A DNA stretch of 64,000 nt from Thermoanaerobaculia bacterium (GTDB lineage: Bacteria > Acidobacteriota > Thermoanaerobaculia > Multivoradales > Multivoraceae): the NCBI GenBank assembly GCA_965214805.1, contig OZ243982.1, forward strand, positions 1,237,116-1,301,115, written 5' to 3'. Both the position numbers and the translations under genes were made by a program. Of the stretch, positions 34,518 to 42,697 are shown one piece after another; positions within the stretch are counted from its first letter, which is position 1, and every line of letters starts with the position of its first letter. The notes below the pieces were generated by a model. It was not told where the DNA came from and made no database searches. It saw nothing but the letters and a program-made list of their open reading frames with translations.

Positions 34518-36290
34518 TTGGAAACCCTCTCCGACCTGCTCTTCCGCGTCGCGGAACGCTACGGCGAACGCGAGGACCTGCTCTCCATCCGGCGGCATCG
34601 CCGGACCGAGCGGCTTTCCGCAGCCCGGTTCGTCGACGAGGTCCGCCGGACCGCAACGGCGCTCGAATCACACGGAGTGGTCAAGGGCGACCGCATTGCG
34701 CTCTTCTCGACCAACCGCCCCGAATGGCATGTGGTCGACTTCGCATGCCACCTCCTGGGAGCAGTGCCGGTACCGATCTACCCCACCCTGACCGCAGCCC
34801 AGGTGGCCTACATCCTTCTCGACAGCGGCGCCGGATGGATCTTCTACGACAACGCTGCGAAGCGGGATCTGCTCACGGGCCTGGTGACTCCCCAGGACGC
34901 GGACGAAGACGCGCGGCAGCAGGGCCTGCGTCTCGTCGCGCTCGAAGTGAACGCAACCGCGGACGGCGGAACGAACCTCGAGGCGCTGATCGACGGCGCA
35001 ACGCCGTCAGCCGATGATGGCCTCGAGCGCTTCCGGGGGCGGGTCCGACGCGACGACACGGCAAGCATCATCTACACCTCCGGTACCACCGGCGACCCCA
35101 AGGGCGTCGTCCTGTCGCACTGGAACTTCGTCTCGAACATCCTCGCGTGCCAGAAGCTCTATCCCTTGGGCGAGGAAGACAGGGCGCTCTCCTTCCTGCC
35201 CCTCTCGCATGTCTTCGAGCGCACGGTCGACTACCTGTTCTTCCACCGCGGCGTATCGATCCACTATTCCCCGGCAATCGAGCGAGTGGCCGGGCTCATG
35301 CCGAAGGTCCGGCCCACCGTCCTGTGCTCCGTACCCAGGCTCTACGAGAGCGCCTACATGCGCATCCAGGCCAACTTCGCAACGCAGCCGCGGACCCGTC
35401 GCCGCCTGATCGACTGGGCGCTCAAGGTCGGCCGGCGGCGAGCGGAGCGCGGCGGCGCGGCGCTCCGAGGCCAGATCGCCGACCGCCTGGTGTTCCGGAA
35501 GATCAAGGAACGTTTCGGCGGCTGCCTGCGCTTCACGATATCGGGCGGCGCCCCGATCGCCGACGAAGTCGGAGCGTTCTTCGACGCCATCGGCATCCGG
35601 CTCTACCAGGGTTACGGCCTGACCGAGACGGCGCCGGTGCTGGCCGTGGAGTACCCCGGCGCGGCGCGGCGCGGATCGGTCGGCACGGCGGCGCCCGGGG
35701 TCGAACTCCGCATCGACGACGACGGCGAGATTCTGGCCCGCACCGAAGGCCTGATGCAGGGCTACTGGAACCAGCCCGAGGCGACAGCCGAGGCGATCGA
35801 CCCGGACGGCTGGTTCCACACCGGCGACATCGGCAGGATCGACGACGACGGCTATCTCTACATCACAGACCGCAAGAAGGATCTGCTGGTCACGAGCGGC
35901 GGCAAGAACGTGGCGCCCCAGCCGATCGAGCAGATGATGGTGACCCACCCGGCCGTGGCGCAGGTGGTCGTGGTCGGCGACGGCTATCCGTACCTCAACG
36001 CCCTCGTGGTCCCTAACTACGCGGCCCCGCCGCCGCCGTTCGCGGGTTTGGCCGCGGACGAGCTGCGACGGGATCCGCGCCTTCAGGACACCATTCAGCG
36101 ACTGCTGGACAAGGTGAACGAACGCCTGCCCGCCCATGAACGAGTGCGCCGTTTCCGGCTTCTGGAGCGCGAACTCACGATTCAGGACGGTGAGATCACA
36201 CCCACCCTGAAGGTGCGCAGGAAGATCGTCAACGAGCGCTATCGCGACGTGATCGCCTCGATGTACCTCAAGAGCCAGCGAGTGGGTTGA
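34518..36290 (+). CDS. fadD: Long-chain-fatty-acid-CoA ligase (AMP-dependent synthetase)
   Basis: 590 aa; AMP-binding motifs IIYTSGTTGDPKGVVLSH, YGLTET, DGWFHTGDIG and TGDLKIKRR-like TPTLKVRRKIV. Confidence 0.9.
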   Translation: METLSDLLFRVAERYGEREDLLSIRRHRRTERLSAARFVDEVRRTATALESHGVVKGDRIALFSTNRPEWHVVDFACHLLGAVPVPIYPTLTAAQVAYILLDSGAGWIFYDNAAKRDLLTGLVTPQDADEDARQQGLRLVALEVNATADGGTNLEALIDGATPSADDGLERFRGRVRRDDTASIIYTSGTTGDPKGVVLSHWNFVSNILACQKLYPLGEEDRALSFLPLSHVFERTVDYLFFHRGVSIHYSPAIERVAGLMPKVRPTVLCSVPRLYESAYMRIQANFATQPRTRRRLIDWALKVGRRRAERGGAALRGQIADRLVFRKIKERFGGCLRFTISGGAPIADEVGAFFDAIGIRLYQGYGLTETAPVLAVEYPGAARRGSVGTAAPGVELRIDDDGEILARTEGLMQGYWNQPEATAEAIDPDGWFHTGDIGRIDDDGYLYITDRKKDLLVTSGGKNVAPQPIEQMMVTHPAVAQVVVVGDGYPYLNALVVPNYAAPPPPFAGLAADELRRDPRLQDTIQRLLDKVNERLPAHERVRRFRLLERELTIQDGEITPTLKVRRKIVNERYRDVIASMYLKSQRVG

Positions 36291-36389
36291 GTTCGGTCGC
36301 CGGACGAGGCGACGAGCCCGTGACCAGCCGGCCGGCTGCGCGGCATGGAGCCCCTGACGCAGCGCGCGGATCGGGCGGAGGCCAGGGAG

Positions 36390-36704
36390 CTAGTTCACGC
36401 GGCCCGACAGATCGGTGGGGTCGGGCGCCTCCTCGATGACGCCGTGGACATCCTCGTAGCGCCGGAGGTTGGCGCCCAGCGCCCTGATGATTCGCTTCAG
36501 GTGACCGGGGCTGGTCACGATGCGGGCGCTGACGATGCCCTGCGGCGGCACCACGTTGATGAAGTCGAGGATGAACTCCTCGCGCGTATGCGTGATGCGC
36601 AAGAGGTTGGAGTAGGCCCCCTTGAGCTCGGCATCGCCGATCTTGACGTTGATCGACGATGACGACTCCACGTCGCCCTGTTCTTCCCTGGATCGCTTGC
36701 TCAT
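36390..36704 (-). CDS. DUF3467 domain protein
   Basis: 104 aa (MSKRSREEQGDVESSSSINVKIGDAELKGAYSNLLRITHTREEFILDFINVVPPQGIVSARIVTSPGHLKRIIRALGANLRRYEDVHG); ATG at 36704 preceded by GGAGGA and overlapping the wzt stop by 4 nt. Confidence 0.7.
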   Translation of the reverse strand: MSKRSREEQGDVESSSSINVKIGDAELKGAYSNLLRITHTREEFILDFINVVPPQGIVSARIVTSPGHLKRIIRALGANLRRYEDVHGVIEEAPDPTDLSGRVN

Positions 36705-38113
36705 TCCATCCTCCGTGCGTCTGTCGCGCCGACGCGAAGCGGGGGCGCGCTGTCCGAATGGGCAGGCGAACGCCAATCGATCGCCGCTTGCAGGTCGGCA
36801 GCACCGCCATCGCCGCCGGCCAGCGCCTCGACATGCCACTCGTGGCAAGGCAGGTAGAGACCGATGCTCCGCAACGCGGAACTCTCGGCCACCGTGAACC
36901 GCAGCGCCTGGCGACGATAATCGTAAGCCCTGCCGTCGCGGGCGTGAACCGCGACATCGACCGTGTACTCGCCCGGCGCCAGCCGCAGTTCCGGACACGC
37001 CAGTCGCACCCGGACGGGGCCGCGCAGCAGGCGCGTTTCGTACCCGGCGAGATCGGTGTTGGTGCCCCAGCAGTCCACGCCGCGCGGCGTCTTGACCCCG
37101 ACCCCGAAGACGAAGTCGTCCAGTTCTTCCCGCGGCTCGACCTCGAGCTCAAACACCGCCGCCTCGCCGCAGTGCAGGTGATAACGCTCCTCGCAGGCGG
37201 CGCCGGCCAGGAGACGAGCGCCAGTGATCCGGGCCTGGCCGGACCCCCAGCGCAGAACTTCCTCCTCCGCGTCCGGCGGCGGCGCTGTCCCTGTTTCCTC
37301 CGGCCGCGATCTGCGGCGCTCTGCGGCCGCCGCCCGGCGACGGTCGTGAGCCTCGCCCTCGCGCGCGGCCACGGCCTCCAGATAGGCGTCGATCACCCGC
37401 CGCGTCGCACCGATCTCCCGTAGCCGCCCGCGGTCGAGCCAGACCGCCCGGTCGCAGAGTTCGTCGATCAACCCCATCGAATGGCTGACCACGAGCAGCG
37501 TCCCGCCCCGGGAAAGGTGCTCCTCGATGCGGGCGATGCAGCGGTGAACGAACTCCTCGTCGCCGACCGCCAGCACTTCGTCGACCAGGAGAATCTCGGG
37601 GTCGGTGTGGACGGCGACCGAGAAGCCGAGCCGCACGTACATGCCCGAGGAGTAGTTCTTGATCGGTTCCTCGATGAAGTCGCCCAGTCCGGCGAACTCC
37701 ACGATGTCGTCGTAGCGCTCCTCGATGCGGCGGCGGCTCAGACCGAAGAGTGCACCGTTGATGAAGATGTTCTCCCGGCCCGAGATCTCGGGATGAAAGC
37801 CCGCTCCCAGCTCGATCAGGGCGGCGATGCGGCCGTTGACCGTCAATTCGCCGGCCGTCGGCCGCAGCAGGCCCGCGACCAGCTTGATCAGCGTCGATTT
37901 CCCGGAACCGTTGCCGCCGATGATGCCCACCGCCTCCCCCGCGGCGACTTCGAAGCTGACATCCGTGAGCGCTTCGACCGCGTCGGCGGCAGCGAGTCCG
38001 CTGGTCAGGCTGCGCCCGAGGAGGGCGCTCTTCAGCGTTCGCAGGCGATAGCCGCCCGCGGCGCGGCGGTAGCGCTTGCCCACGCCGCGCAGGGCTACCG
38101 CCTGCCGACTCAA
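36701..38113 (-). CDS. wzt: Polysaccharide/O-antigen ABC transporter ATP-binding protein Wzt with a C-terminal Wzt_C carbohydrate-binding domain
   Basis: 470 aa; N-terminal nucleotide-binding domain (GIIGGNGSGKSTL, YSSGMYVRLGFSVA, LLVDEVLAVGDEEF) plus a ~200 aa C-terminal extension with a GVGVKTPRGVDCWGTNT-type motif characteristic of Wzt C-terminal glycan-recognition beta-sandwiches. Confidence 0.85.
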   Translation of the reverse strand: MSRQAVALRGVGKRYRRAAGGYRLRTLKSALLGRSLTSGLAAADAVEALTDVSFEVAAGEAVGIIGGNGSGKSTLIKLVAGLLRPTAGELTVNGRIAALIELGAGFHPEISGRENIFINGALFGLSRRRIEERYDDIVEFAGLGDFIEEPIKNYSSGMYVRLGFSVAVHTDPEILLVDEVLAVGDEEFVHRCIARIEEHLSRGGTLLVVSHSMGLIDELCDRAVWLDRGRLREIGATRRVIDAYLEAVAAREGEAHDRRRAAAAERRRSRPEETGTAPPPDAEEEVLRWGSGQARITGARLLAGAACEERYHLHCGEAAVFELEVEPREELDDFVFGVGVKTPRGVDCWGTNTDLAGYETRLLRGPVRVRLACPELRLAPGEYTVDVAVHARDGRAYDYRRQALRFTVAESSALRSIGLYLPCHEWHVEALAGGDGGAADLQAAIDWRSPAHSDSAPPLRVGATDARRME

Positions 38114-38114
38114 C

Positions 38115-38915
38115 TCAGACCGCCTCTGCCAACGTGTCGCTCAGCCGCGAGAACAGGCCGGCGCCCGCCGCCCAGGAAACCGCCGCGATCGCAGCCATGG
38201 CAGCCCACACCCGCGGCGCCGGCAGGCGTCCGTGAAACAGCAGATCCTGGATCGCCACGGTGAACGAGGTCATCGGGTTCAGTTGCACCAGTCGGGCAAG
38301 CTCGGACGGGATGTCGCCCAGGGTATAGATGATCGGCGCCAGGAAAAACAGCAGAACGAGCACGTTGCCGAGCAGATCCCGCACGTCCTTGAAATGGACG
38401 CCCAACGCCGACAATCCGAACGCGAGGCCCGCGATCATCACCGTCTCGATCACCAGCACGAGCGGCAACAGCACGCAGGTCCAGCCGGCGATGGGATAGC
38501 CGAGCAGCCTGCCGGCGACCAGGGCCAGAGCCACGATCGGCAACGCGAGCAGAAAGTGCAGAAGGTTGGACACCACAGCGACCGCCGGCAGCACCTCGAC
38601 CGGGAGCACCGCCTTGCGGATCAACCCGCTGTTGCCGGTCAGCGACGAACAGCCTTCGAGCAGCGAGGTCGAGAACCAGATCCAGGGGAAGAGACCCGTG
38701 ACGAGGAAGACGCCGTAGGGCTCGACATCAACCAGTTCCCCCCGCTTCAGGATCGCGCCGAAGACGAACGAGTAGACGGCCAGGAGCAGCAGGGGGTTCA
38801 GCAGAGACCAGAAGAAACCGAGCACGGTACCCCGATAGCGCGCCCGCAACTCCCGCTGGACCAGGGTCCACAGCAGGCCGCGGCAGCGAACGAGACATCG
38901 GGCGACCTCCAGCAT
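38115..38915 (-). CDS. wzm: ABC-2 type polysaccharide export permease Wzm
   Basis: 266 aa, six transmembrane segments, ABC-2 family profile (YRGTVLGFFWSLLNPLLLLAVYSFVFG); 1-nt spacing to wzt. Confidence 0.85.
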   Translation of the reverse strand: MLEVARCLVRCRGLLWTLVQRELRARYRGTVLGFFWSLLNPLLLLAVYSFVFGAILKRGELVDVEPYGVFLVTGLFPWIWFSTSLLEGCSSLTGNSGLIRKAVLPVEVLPAVAVVSNLLHFLLALPIVALALVAGRLLGYPIAGWTCVLLPLVLVIETVMIAGLAFGLSALGVHFKDVRDLLGNVLVLLFFLAPIIYTLGDIPSELARLVQLNPMTSFTVAIQDLLFHGRLPAPRVWAAMAAIAAVSWAAGAGLFSRLSDTLAEAV

Positions 38916-38924
38916 GAGCAGCAG

Positions 38925-41108
38925 TCATCTTACGCCCCGGACAGTCTTCTGCTCGATCTCGAGGTAGACGGGAGCGGGACCGAGCTGCACCGGTCCGGAA
39001 GGCAGCACCACGCCATCCCGGTCGCGTGCGGCGCGCACGCCGATCCGGGGACGGCAGGCCCGGCCGCGGCGGTCCAGCGCCCATTGCACCTGGACCTCGC
39101 GGCTCGGCGTCGTTGCCCGATAGCCGCGCACACCCGCCGGCAACGGGAGGCGTTCCACCCGGGCGCCGGCCAACTCGCGCTGGAGCTGACGCAGGGCGCG
39201 GTAGGCCGGCCGCCGTCGCAAGGAACCGCCTCGGGGGTCGACAAGCCCGTAGCCAGCCGCCGACAACTGCCACCAGTAGACGCGCTCGACGAGACCGGTC
39301 CCCAGAGCCTCGAGGCAGTAGCGAACGAGGTAGCTGGCCTGGGTGTCCTCGTCCACCGCGACATCTCGTCCGGCGGGCGCGTGAGGCCCTTCCCTGAGCG
39401 GCCAGTTGAACTCGGTGATCCAGCTCCGATCCGACGCACAGTCCGGAGCCCGACGGGCAAGCGCCCGCAGCAAGGCCAGCTTGCCCGCGAGGTCGAAACC
39501 GAGTTGAGGGTTCTCGGGCGCCCCTCGCCGGTCGACGTAGAGCTGACTGGCAAGGATGTCGAAGCGATGCTCCGGCAAACCCGAATGAACCAGACCGGCC
39601 GTTGCGTGGGGCTCGAAGTCGATCACCGCCGGAGCGAGGACGCGCGCATCCGGATTCGCCGCCCGCACGGCTTCGCCGGCAGCAGCCAGCAGATTCCAGT
39701 ACTCGTCCGGGCGCCACACGCCCCACTTGCTGCGGTTGGGCGCCTGACCGATGAGGAACGTGCTGCCCAGGGGCGAAAGGGCGGCGACGGCCTCCTCCAC
39801 GCGCCGCAGCCAGAGTCCGTTGTCCCGGACCAGCGATCGGTCCTGAGCAAGATGGAACACGAGATCGGCCGGCTGCAGCGCCCTCCGGGCGAGGATCTCC
39901 GCCAATCGCAGCAGATCCCTGTCCAGACCCTGCCAGAGATGGAAGCGCAGCAGAACGCTCTCCACCCCGAGATCGTCGAGCGCCTCGACCAGAGCGCCGA
40001 CCGGCGCCGAGTCCGGACCCACCGCCACGCCAAGTCCGCGAAAGGGGACTCTGTCCGGTGCTCGTTCGATTCTCCGGCGGAGGCGCTTCCCCTCGACGAT
40101 CGTTGCGAGCAGCGGCCCGGCGGCGCGAAGCAGGGGCCGGGCGTGGCGGGCGGCGTCACGCAGGCGAACTCCGAGGCGCTGGCCGCGTGTCGCCTGCTGG
40201 TGCGGCTGGTCAGTGAGCGGATCCCAGACCGCCCGCTCCTGGGGCTTCGCTCCGCGGTCGGAGGCCGGAATGTGGGGATGGGCGCGGCGGCGCGGCAGCA
40301 GCAGATCGGCGAGGCGTCGCAGCCCGCGGCGAGCGCCGTCCTTGGTCCGGATCCTGAGACGGAAGCCGTGGTGACAGACCCCGAACCAGAGCCGCTCCAA
40401 CCGGGACAACCCGCCGGAGCGATAGCCGCGCAGGTACTCCGACCGGTCCGCAGACCGCAACACCGGCATCCTGCCCAGGTCCCGCAGGCGCTGACTCGCC
40501 GACAGCCGGCGCCGGAAGCGGGCCCGGTTGAGATCCACGAGGTACAGCTCCGCATCCGTGGTCGGGGCCGCCAGCAGCACGTTGCCCGAGGTCAGGTCCC
40601 GAAACCAGATGCCGTGACGATGCAACTCCGCGGCCAGAGCGCCGACCCGCCGCAGCAGCGCCGGCCCGTCGATTCCCGGAAAACGCGCCGCGCCCTCTCC
40701 CGCATTCAACGCCCTGAGCACATGCCGCAACTCCGTGGCCTCCGGCACCAGCCGGCACACGAACCACGCAGGACCCTCCAGGGCCTTCGACTCGGCATAG
40801 AGAATCGGTTCCGGCGTCGCGATGCCCAGCTTCCCGAGCCGGCGCGCGGCATCGAAGCTCAGGCGCGCCCGCGTGCCTCGGCGGCGCCGGCGGAGTCTGG
40901 CGTGCAGGTCGTCATGGCGGAACTGCTTCACGACCACGGCGACATCGCCCTCGTTCCGGCTGCCATGCCATGCCGTTTCGTACAGGTAGTTCCTGCCCCA
41001 ATGCAGGCTGCGGGTGGCCTTGGCCGGATCGAGGAGGCGCCTGAGCGCGGCCTCGAAGTTCGCGTCCAGGTCGCCGGGGACGGCCTCCGGCGCCACGGCG
41101 CCGCGCAA
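38925..41108 (-). CDS. Fusion protein: N-terminal lipopolysaccharide-kinase-like domain (Kdo/WaaP family, PF06293-like) plus C-terminal glycoside-hydrolase-like TIM-barrel domain
   Basis: Single open frame with no stops from just after the rng stop to 38925. Residues NYLYETAWHGSRNEGDVAVVVKQF...LHRHGIWFRDLTSGNVLL...LYLVDLNRARF match the Kdo/WaaP LPS-kinase fold. About 450 aa downstream follow with (beta/alpha)8-like periodicity and a WITEFNWP...VYWWQL motif resembling the nucleophile strand of clan GH-A hydrolases (GH5/GH39-like). Start uncertain: TTG at 41108 or GTG at 41096; an upstream ATG would overlap rng by about 200 nt. The 1610 aa track ORF is this gene plus a shadow running through rng and rodA in a different frame. 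Confidence 0.6.
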   Translation of the reverse strand: MRGAVAPEAVPGDLDANFEAALRRLLDPAKATRSLHWGRNYLYETAWHGSRNEGDVAVVVKQFRHDDLHARLRRRRRGTRARLSFDAARRLGKLGIATPEPILYAESKALEGPAWFVCRLVPEATELRHVLRALNAGEGAARFPGIDGPALLRRVGALAAELHRHGIWFRDLTSGNVLLAAPTTDAELYLVDLNRARFRRRLSASQRLRDLGRMPVLRSADRSEYLRGYRSGGLSRLERLWFGVCHHGFRLRIRTKDGARRGLRRLADLLLPRRRAHPHIPASDRGAKPQERAVWDPLTDQPHQQATRGQRLGVRLRDAARHARPLLRAAGPLLATIVEGKRLRRRIERAPDRVPFRGLGVAVGPDSAPVGALVEALDDLGVESVLLRFHLWQGLDRDLLRLAEILARRALQPADLVFHLAQDRSLVRDNGLWLRRVEEAVAALSPLGSTFLIGQAPNRSKWGVWRPDEYWNLLAAAGEAVRAANPDARVLAPAVIDFEPHATAGLVHSGLPEHRFDILASQLYVDRRGAPENPQLGFDLAGKLALLRALARRAPDCASDRSWITEFNWPLREGPHAPAGRDVAVDEDTQASYLVRYCLEALGTGLVERVYWWQLSAAGYGLVDPRGGSLRRRPAYRALRQLQRELAGARVERLPLPAGVRGYRATTPSREVQVQWALDRRGRACRPRIGVRAARDRDGVVLPSGPVQLGPAPVYLEIEQKTVRGVR

Positions 41109-41149
41109 GCCGTCGAGTTCGAACCGGCGCTCCGGTCTCGACTCGGCGG

Positions 41150-42655
41150 TCAGATCCGCCCCCCGGTTTCGGCGTCGACGACAACGAAACGCTCGCGATG
41201 CAATTCCGGGTCCGCCTGAACCAGGATCGGCGCCGCGAACGCCCCCTGCAGGCCGTCCAGCACCGCCGACTCGGCGCCGCGCAGACCATCCAGCACCTCC
41301 GGATGGACCCGCACCGCCAACTGACGAACGCCTCTCCCGGCGCGCGCAAGGCATGTCCGCCGCAGTTCCAGGCAGATCGTCGCGACCGACTTGATGCGGC
41401 CTGCGCCTCCACAGGTCGGGCAGTCCCGGGTCAGCAGCTTCTCCAGGTTCGTGTGGCTGCGGCGACGAGTCAGCTGGACCAAGCCGAACTCCGAGATATC
41501 GAGCACCCTGTGCCTGGCGCGGTCCTTCTCCAGCTCCCGTTCCAGGCGGGCGAACACCTTCTCGCGGTGATCTTCGCGCCCCATGTCGATCAGATCGATG
41601 ACAAGGATGCCGGACAAGTCGCGCAGCCGGATCTGACGCACCGCCTCGACGACCGCTTCCAGGTTGGTCCGCAAGACGGTCTCGTCGAAGTCCGCGGCAC
41701 CGACGTCGCGGCCGCTGTTGACGTCGATGGCCACCAGGGCCTCCGTCTGGTTGATGACCAGATAGCCGCCTGACGGAAGCGGGGCGCGGTCCCGCAGCGC
41801 GGCTTCGACCGCGTCGTCGATCCGATAGCGCTCGAACAGACCCCTCCGGGTCCGCTCCACCCGTTCCCGGAGTTCCGGCTGCATCCGCCCGACGTAGCCG
41901 GCGATGCGGCGGTAGGCATCGGCGCCGTCCACCAGCAGCGAGTCGAAATCCGCGGAGAAGAGGTCCCGGATGACGCGCACATCCAGTTCGTCCTCGCGGC
42001 AGATCAGAGCCGGCGCTGTCGTGGCCGCCGTCCGTTCCTCGATCCGTCGCCAGGCGGCGGCCAGCGCCTCGTACTCCGCCTGGATGCGCTCTTCCGCCGC
42101 TCCTGCCGCGGCAGTGCGCACGATGCAACCCGGCAGAGCAACGGCGTCGTCGCGCCTGGCCTGGACCAGCCCCTTCAGGCGATTTCGTTCGTCCGCGTCC
42201 TCGATGCGCCTCGAAACGCCCACGCGGCCGCTGGTCGGCGTCAGCACCAGGAGCCGACCGGGAAGCGTGATCCGGGCGGTGATGCGCGCCCCCTTCGCCG
42301 CCATCCCGTCCCTGATGACCTGCACGATGAGATCCTGGCCCCGCCGCAGCACGTGATCGATCGCCGGCGCCGCTTCCCTGCTCGGCGCCCCGCGGCAAGC
42401 GCTCTCGGCGACCGGTGCTGCCGACCCCCCTTCGACCGCGTCGTCCGCCCAGAGGTAGCCGTCGCGCGCCAGTCCGAGATCCACGAAGGCGGCTCGCATG
42501 CCAGGCAGCACCCTTCGCACCCGTCCCTTGTAGAGGTTGCCGACCAGGCTCCGGCGTCCGCGGCGCTCGACGAGAAGCTCGACCAACCGGCCGGACTCGA
42601 CCACGGCTGCCCGCGTCTGGAGCGAATCGCTCTCGACCAGGAGCTCCCTGTCCAT
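41150..42655 (-). CDS. rng: Ribonuclease G (RNase E/G family)
   Basis: 501 aa; S1 domain (VGNLYKGRVRRVLPGMRAAFVDLG) and the RNase E/G catalytic core including DLIDM and the CPTCGGAGRIKS zinc link. Confidence 0.9.
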   Translation of the reverse strand: MDRELLVESDSLQTRAAVVESGRLVELLVERRGRRSLVGNLYKGRVRRVLPGMRAAFVDLGLARDGYLWADDAVEGGSAAPVAESACRGAPSREAAPAIDHVLRRGQDLIVQVIRDGMAAKGARITARITLPGRLLVLTPTSGRVGVSRRIEDADERNRLKGLVQARRDDAVALPGCIVRTAAAGAAEERIQAEYEALAAAWRRIEERTAATTAPALICREDELDVRVIRDLFSADFDSLLVDGADAYRRIAGYVGRMQPELRERVERTRRGLFERYRIDDAVEAALRDRAPLPSGGYLVINQTEALVAIDVNSGRDVGAADFDETVLRTNLEAVVEAVRQIRLRDLSGILVIDLIDMGREDHREKVFARLERELEKDRARHRVLDISEFGLVQLTRRRSHTNLEKLLTRDCPTCGGAGRIKSVATICLELRRTCLARAGRGVRQLAVRVHPEVLDGLRGAESAVLDGLQGAFAAPILVQADPELHRERFVVVDAETGGRI

Positions 42656-42697
42656 GCGTTGCGGGCGACCGATCCTGTCCGTGCCGGCGCAGGCCGA

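Noticed and set aside
38076-41219. 1047 aa plus-strand ORF
   Set aside because: It is antisense to wzm and the kinase/GH gene; His/Arg/Gln-rich low-complexity translation.
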